From: an uncultured Hyphomicrobiales bacterium
Lineage (GTDB): Bacteria > Bacteroidota > Ignavibacteria > Kapaibacteriales > Kapaibacteriaceae
Reading direction: 5' to 3'
Assembly: GCA_964525565.1 (NCBI GenBank)
Contig: CAZGHI010000011.1
Coordinates: 24,612 to 67,006, forward strand
DNA length: 42,395 bases
A program made the position numbers and the translations under genes. Positions within the stretch are counted from its first letter, which is position 1. Every line of letters starts with the position of its first letter. The notes under the pieces are model-generated. The model saw only the letters and a program-made list of their open reading frames with translations, was not told the origin of the DNA and did no database searches. Of this stretch, positions 37,921 to 42,395 are shown in pieces.

Positions 37921-38453
37921 ACGATTATTCATCCAACCTTCATGTGTTCCGCACACTTCGACCCCTAGTTTCGCATGTTGTTTGTGCAACGTTAGCGGCA
38001 GCAGTAACCGCATGTTACTCGTTCAGAGGGGGGGCGATTCCGGAACACCTGCAAACGGTATCCATTAGCTCCGTTACCGATAAAAGTGGATTTGGTGATG
38101 CCTCTCTGAGAGAATACTGCACGGAAACGATGCTCCAACGGTTCCGCACAGACAACACATTGCAGTTGGTAGGCGAAAACGGAGATGCCAGACTAACACC
38201 TGTACTTGTCCGCATTCAAGATCAAATGCTGAATGTTCAGTCAGGAGACCTAGAAGGCCAGCGCAGGATGGTGGTCGCCGTTGAGGTGGAGTATGTGGAT
38301 GCGGTAAAGAACCGCACGGTGTGGAAGCGAACCTTCGAAAATTTCGATGTGTACGACGTAGCCAATGCTACTGAAGATCGCTCTCGCGCAGCCCGTGTTG
38401 CTATTGATCGCATTGTTGATGATGTGCTCCTGGCAATCGTTTCCGATTGGTAA
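37917..38453 (+). CDS. LptE-like outer-membrane lipoprotein (tentative)
   Basis: The lipobox-like sequence LAAAVTAC is followed by YSFRGG, as in the CG(F/W)xLRG start of LptE. The size is right (178 aa). There is a GTGA overlap with the upstream MBL gene. Confidence 0.45.
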   Translation: MNDYSSNLHVFRTLRPLVSHVVCATLAAAVTACYSFRGGAIPEHLQTVSISSVTDKSGFGDASLREYCTETMLQRFRTDNTLQLVGENGDARLTPVLVRIQDQMLNVQSGDLEGQRRMVVAVEVEYVDAVKNRTVWKRTFENFDVYDVANATEDRSRAARVAIDRIVDDVLLAIVSDW

Positions 38454-38479
38454 ACCGCTGCAGTGTCTGTACAAGACGA

Positions 38480-38492
38480 TTTTTTTTTTTTT
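38480..38492 (+). repeat. T13 homopolymer between the LptE-like gene and the GT2 gene (or within the GT2 5' end if GTG 38463 is used)
   Basis: Direct reading of the sequence: acaagacga + 13 T + aaccatttc. Confidence 0.95.
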
Positions 38493-38528
38493 AACCATTT
38501 CATGTTCTTTCTAGGGGGAACGTTCTTC

Positions 38529-39986
38529 ATGGAGAACGTGCTACTGTTCACCTACTTCGCAGCACTTACTGTGCTCTTCGCTTTCGGGCTTCACGGCTTG
38601 GTGATGATTTATTTCTGGCATCGAACAGAAAAAAGCGCCAGACTGCCTGTACAGGACCTTCCGACAGATGCTCTTCCTGTGGTAACAGTGCAGTTGCCAT
38701 TCTACAATGAGTTGTACGTTGTAGAACGGCTGGTCCGCGCTGTGTGTGAAATGGATTACCCTAAAGAAAAGCTTGAAATACAACTCCTGGACGACAGCAC
38801 CGACGAAACTGTTCAGCTTTCGGCAGGCCTGGTTCAAGAATACCGTGCACAGGGATTCGACATTAAACACGTGCACCGTACCGTACGTACCGGTTACAAG
38901 GCTGGGGCATTAAAAGAGGGTCTTGAGTCTGCGCGTGGTGATTTTATCGCAATCTTCGACGCTGACTTTGTTCCGAGAAAAGAGTTTCTTATGAAAACCA
39001 TCCCTCATTTTGCCGATGCTCACGTTGGCATGGTACAAACACGATGGGAACACCTTAACGAAGACTACTCTTTTCTTACACGTGCTCAGGCTCTTGCCTT
39101 GGATGGACATTTTGTAGTGGAACAACAAATTCGTCATCGAGCAGGATTCTTTATCAACTTCAATGGTACGGCTGGGGTATGGCGAAAGAGTACCATTATT
39201 GATGCAGGTAACTGGCACAGTGATACACTAGCTGAAGACCTCGACTTGAGCTACAGAGCACAACTCCGTGGTTGGCGTTTTGTTTTTCTCAACGACGTAA
39301 CATCGCCGGCAGAGCTGCCTGCAGATATTAATTCACTAAAAACTCAGCAGTTCCGATGGACGAAAGGTGCTGTTGAAACTGCCAAAAAACTCTTACCTCA
39401 GGTATGGGAGAGTTCGCTACCACTCATTACAAAACTCGAGAGCACCGTTCACCTAACCAGCAATATTGTATTTCCTTTTATCATGTTGGTTGCTTTTTTG
39501 AATGTGCCTTTGGTTATTATTAAAAACGAGGTAGGGGGCTTTGACGCATACTTTAGCATGATGAGCGTTTTTGTGTTGGCCAGTATCTCTACGTTCCTGT
39601 TCTATCTGTATGCACAACGGGGTATTCACGTGGACTGGCAACGCCGACTGCTGCTGTTCCCTGTGTTCATGGCTGGATCCATGGGGCTGGCGGTGAACAA
39701 CACCAAAGCTGTCCTGGAAGCACTCATCGGCTTGAAAAGCGAATTCAAACGAACACCAAAGTACCGCATTGAGAGCGCAGGTGACGACTGGAAAAAGAAA
39801 CGATATGTGCAAAAACGCATCGGCTGGATTGTTCTTGTGGAGCTTGCGCTTGCCGGGTACTTTGCGTTTGGTATCATTACATCCATCTCCTACCTTGAAA
39901 TAGCTGCAATCCCGTTTCAACTCATGTTTCTGATGGGTTTTGGTACGGTAGGAACAATGTCACTCCGACACGCTCTTTCTCGTTAG
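38529..39986 (+). CDS. processive-type family 2 glycosyltransferase (cellulose synthase / CslA-like membrane GT2)
   Basis: PFYNE, LDDSTD, IFDADF, TLAEDLDLSYR (TED) and QQFRWTKG (QxxRW) are present, with flanking TM helices. AGGGGGA lies upstream of the ATG at 38529. Alternative in-frame starts are 38463 (GTG) and 38502 (ATG). Confidence 0.85.
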   Translation: MENVLLFTYFAALTVLFAFGLHGLVMIYFWHRTEKSARLPVQDLPTDALPVVTVQLPFYNELYVVERLVRAVCEMDYPKEKLEIQLLDDSTDETVQLSAGLVQEYRAQGFDIKHVHRTVRTGYKAGALKEGLESARGDFIAIFDADFVPRKEFLMKTIPHFADAHVGMVQTRWEHLNEDYSFLTRAQALALDGHFVVEQQIRHRAGFFINFNGTAGVWRKSTIIDAGNWHSDTLAEDLDLSYRAQLRGWRFVFLNDVTSPAELPADINSLKTQQFRWTKGAVETAKKLLPQVWESSLPLITKLESTVHLTSNIVFPFIMLVAFLNVPLVIIKNEVGGFDAYFSMMSVFVLASISTFLFYLYAQRGIHVDWQRRLLLFPVFMAGSMGLAVNNTKAVLEALIGLKSEFKRTPKYRIESAGDDWKKKRYVQKRIGWIVLVELALAGYFAFGIITSISYLEIAAIPFQLMFLMGFGTVGTMSLRHALSR

Positions 39987-39993
39987 TTACCCT

Positions 39994-40986
39994 ATGAAAA
40001 TTGTATCGTATCAATCCGGCACGCAGTGGCGTGCCGGCCTTGTTTTAGAGAACATGGTGCTTGATCTTGAGCATGCTCACGCACAAGCCCGCAAACGCTT
40101 AACGCTCACATTTGACTTTATGCCTGCCGATGTGGTTGATATCCTACGTCTTGGTAGTGCAGGGTTGAACGATGTTCGCGCTCTCGGAACATGGTTTCTG
40201 AGTACAGGTGGGGAAGGCAATGAGGCAATACCTATGGAGAGCATCACTCTCGGTTCTCCCATCCCACGACCAACGTCTATGCGCGACGGGTATGCCTTCC
40301 GACAGCACGTTGAAGCTGCTCGAAGAAATCGTGGACTGGATATGATTCCTGAATTCGACCAGATACCAATCTTTTACTTTACTAATCACCAAGCTGTGTT
40401 TGGTCCGGGTCCGATAGTTGTGCGCAACCAGCACCTTAACAAATTAGATTTCGAATTGGAGTGTGCCATAGTTATTGGAAGGGAAGGACGCAACATCACC
40501 GCTGCTGACGCAGATGAATACATCGCCGGATACATGGTGATGAATGACTGGAGCGCCCGAGAACTCCAAATGCAAGAAATGAAACTCAATCTGGGTCCGG
40601 CAAAGGGAAAAGACTTTGCCACCTCCCTGGGACCTTGGTTGGTAACGCGCGACGAGTTGTCGGAACGCAGAATCGAAACCCCAAATGGCGAAACGTACGA
40701 TCTTGAAATGACCACTGTTGTTAATGGAACACCGGTATCAAAAGGCAACGTAAAAGACATGTCGTGGACGTTTGCCCAGATTATCGAGCGTGCCAGTTAC
40801 GGCGTTACGTTGTACCCTGGCGATGTAATTGGAAGTGGCACATGCGGCACGGGTTGTTTCTTGGAACTGAATGGTAGTAAGGTTTACAACCCTGAATGGT
40901 GGCTGAAACCAGGTGATGTGGTCACCTGTAGCATTGATCTGCTTGGTAGCCTCACGAACACCGTTGTTCTTGATCCACTTCCGTAA
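39994..40986 (+). CDS. fumarylacetoacetate hydrolase (FAH) family protein
   Basis: DFELECAIVIG, GYMVMNDWSARELQ, GPAKGKDF and LYPGDVIGSGT fit the FAH-fold metal and substrate motifs. Confidence 0.85.
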   Translation: MKIVSYQSGTQWRAGLVLENMVLDLEHAHAQARKRLTLTFDFMPADVVDILRLGSAGLNDVRALGTWFLSTGGEGNEAIPMESITLGSPIPRPTSMRDGYAFRQHVEAARRNRGLDMIPEFDQIPIFYFTNHQAVFGPGPIVVRNQHLNKLDFELECAIVIGREGRNITAADADEYIAGYMVMNDWSARELQMQEMKLNLGPAKGKDFATSLGPWLVTRDELSERRIETPNGETYDLEMTTVVNGTPVSKGNVKDMSWTFAQIIERASYGVTLYPGDVIGSGTCGTGCFLELNGSKVYNPEWWLKPGDVVTCSIDLLGSLTNTVVLDPLP

Positions 40987-41031
40987 CAAAGGAACACTCA
41001 GCGAGGATCTTCGCGAGCATGGAACGGTTGC

Positions 41032-42395
41032 CTATCGGGATATCTGAAACGGGAGCGTCCGGAAGTTTCTGTCGGAACCCCACAACAGCAGATAGGTTCC
41101 GTTCACGAAATCTGGGATGCTGATGCGTTGTTCGCTGGGGTTGGTAATTGTACCGCTACAAACCAGCCGAGCCGACATATCAAAGACTTTCCAGGTACGA
41201 TCAGAAAGTAGTGGACGGGAATCGTGTACAACGACATCAGTCTGCCGAATCCGAATGTTAAGTCCGGTGATTTTTGATTGATCTTCGAAGACAGCCGAGC
41301 TGCCTTCGTCCAATACATATATGCCAACAGTTGTGCCCATAAACATCCTTCCCGTTTGCGGGCACACGGTAAGCGACCAAACATTACGGATGGTATCGCC
41401 AAGCTCATTAGCTTGCCAGGGGATGTTTGAATAGCGCTGCCACGTTTCTCCGTTATCAAGAGAGCGGAATACCAGGCTGTCTCCAACGTAAACGGAGGGC
41501 GGGATAGACATTAGCCGAAAGCCCCCTACCGTTATTTCGTCAGTTCCGCTTGGAAGGGGCCGCACAGACACTGCCCAAAAACTAGTGTCCGTAAATGCAA
41601 TGCGATTCCACGTTTGGCCACCATCTTCTGTTGCGAGCAGCCCGCCATCGCCGTTGTTACGTATGGTGTCTGTCTGCGTAACAACAGCAAAACCTCGGTC
41701 GGGATTCGTGGTTGAAAACGTGATTTTGGGTATTTCGCTATGCGGCCGGACGGAATCTACACCATTGAGTACCGGAACTCGCGACCATGTGAATCCGCCA
41801 TCAGCGGAGCGGAAAATTCTACCGTGTGTTGCTCCAATGAACAGGAGACCAGCAACTGATGGATGAGCTGTAATGGTACAAAGAACACGTGAACTTGCTT
41901 CGTCGGAAACCACGGCAATGCTGTCCCACGTTCGTCCATTATCTGTGCTCCGCCAAACGGAGTGATACGTAGAGCCGCGCGCAGCGTACAAAGTTCCGTC
42001 TATGCTCTCGGTAATCGCTTCCGAAATGAACCACATGTTGCGCTGCGCAGCATCGTTCAACACCGTCCGAAACGAAGCTCCGCTATTCGTACTGGTTTTA
42101 ATCCCATTAAAACGAAAGCCACCAACACAAATAACAGACGTGTCTGATTTTGGGATGTGCACAGATGACAGGTAATTAATTGCTGATAGTGGGCCAGTTT
42201 CAGCAATGTACCATGAGTTACCACCATCATCAGAACGATACAACTGATTTGCCCAGTTGCCAACATAAAGTTTAGAGCAATCTAGTGGATTCAAGCGTAC
42301 GGTATACGCTTGTATCGGATTTAGCAATCGCCACCTTCCCTTTTCTGAACTGTGAACAATGGCAGATGAGATGCACAGAAGCAGTACACAAATCC
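41032..42395 (-). CDS. BNR/Asp-box repeat beta-propeller protein with a T9SS-like C-terminal sorting domain (5' end outside the window)
   Basis: There are six Asp-box motifs (SDDGGNSW, STNSGASF, STDNGRTW, SADGGFTW, TEDGGQTW, SLDNGETW). The C-terminal roughly 80 aa looks like a T9SS CTD. The reading frame stays open upstream of the TTG at 42327 to the window edge (..ICVLLLCISSAIVHS, signal-peptide-like), so I call the gene partial. Confidence 0.75.
   Translation of the reverse strand, partial: ICVLLLCISSAIVHSSEKGRWRLLNPIQAYTVRLNPLDCSKLYVGNWANQLYRSDDGGNSWYIAETGPLSAINYLSSVHIPKSDTSVICVGGFRFNGIKTSTNSGASFRTVLNDAAQRNMWFISEAITESIDGTLYAARGSTYHSVWRSTDNGRTWDSIAVVSDEASSRVLCTITAHPSVAGLLFIGATHGRIFRSADGGFTWSRVPVLNGVDSVRPHSEIPKITFSTTNPDRGFAVVTQTDTIRNNGDGGLLATEDGGQTWNRIAFTDTSFWAVSVRPLPSGTDEITVGGFRLMSIPPSVYVGDSLVFRSLDNGETWQRYSNIPWQANELGDTIRNVWSLTVCPQTGRMFMGTTVGIYVLDEGSSAVFEDQSKITGLNIRIRQTDVVVHDSRPLLSDRTWKVFDMSARLVCSGTITNPSEQRISIPDFVNGTYLLLWGSDRNFRTLPFQISR

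Noticed and set aside
41001-41014. The imperfect palindrome GCGAGGATCTTCGC between the convergent FAH and BNR genes, considered as a terminator.
   Set aside because: The stem is mismatched, there is effectively no loop, and there are no flanking T/A runs.

Overview
This is a densely packed chromosomal segment, with about 1.7 kb of the 42.4 kb non-coding by my gene calls. I found no tRNA, rRNA, CRISPR array, transposase, integrase or phage-like gene. Most of the content is housekeeping and cell-envelope biogenesis. In order it carries: the adk 3' end; two tandem OmpA-like barrel paralogs; a YfiM/DUF2279-like protein; rlpA; a LolA-like protein; a TPR protein; DUF3467; rpmH-rnpA-yidD-yidC; a T9SS cargo protein; a GWxTD protein; a CoA-transferase; a membrane HdrD/GlcF-like Fe-S protein; a CDF-like membrane protein; a GT4-pepP-guaB operon; atpDC; a GT39 (ArnT-like) protein; thiolase; NAD-type isocitrate dehydrogenase; tamB; an acyl-CoA dehydrogenase; anmK; nuoB-nuoA; an MBL hydrolase; an LptE-like lipoprotein; a processive GT2; an FAH-family protein; and a BNR-repeat T9SS protein that runs off the 3' edge. 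Several signals suggest an FCB-group bacterium (Bacteroidota/Chlorobiota/Ignavibacteriota-like), which is inference only: T9SS C-terminal sorting domains, a GWxTD protein, DUF3467, a detached atpDC operon, recurrent TAnnTTTG octamers upstream of genes, and many starts without a Shine-Dalgarno. I see no convincing multi-gene novel system such as a defence island or biosynthetic cluster. The observations most worth follow-up are: (1) a phased cluster of DnaA-box-like 9-mers in the adk/ompA spacer; (2) a metallothionein-like poly-cysteine module (21 Cys in about 50 residues) between the barrel and the peptidoglycan-binding domain of an OmpA-family protein, plus a His/Cys-rich tandem paralog; (3) an apparent excess of G/C homopolymer tracts of 7-9 nt, all in envelope genes; (4) a T13 tract at the 5' end of the GT2 gene; (5) nuoA-nuoB separated from the rest of complex I and packed against anmK. 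All functional calls come from reading motifs in the supplied translations. No database search was run.
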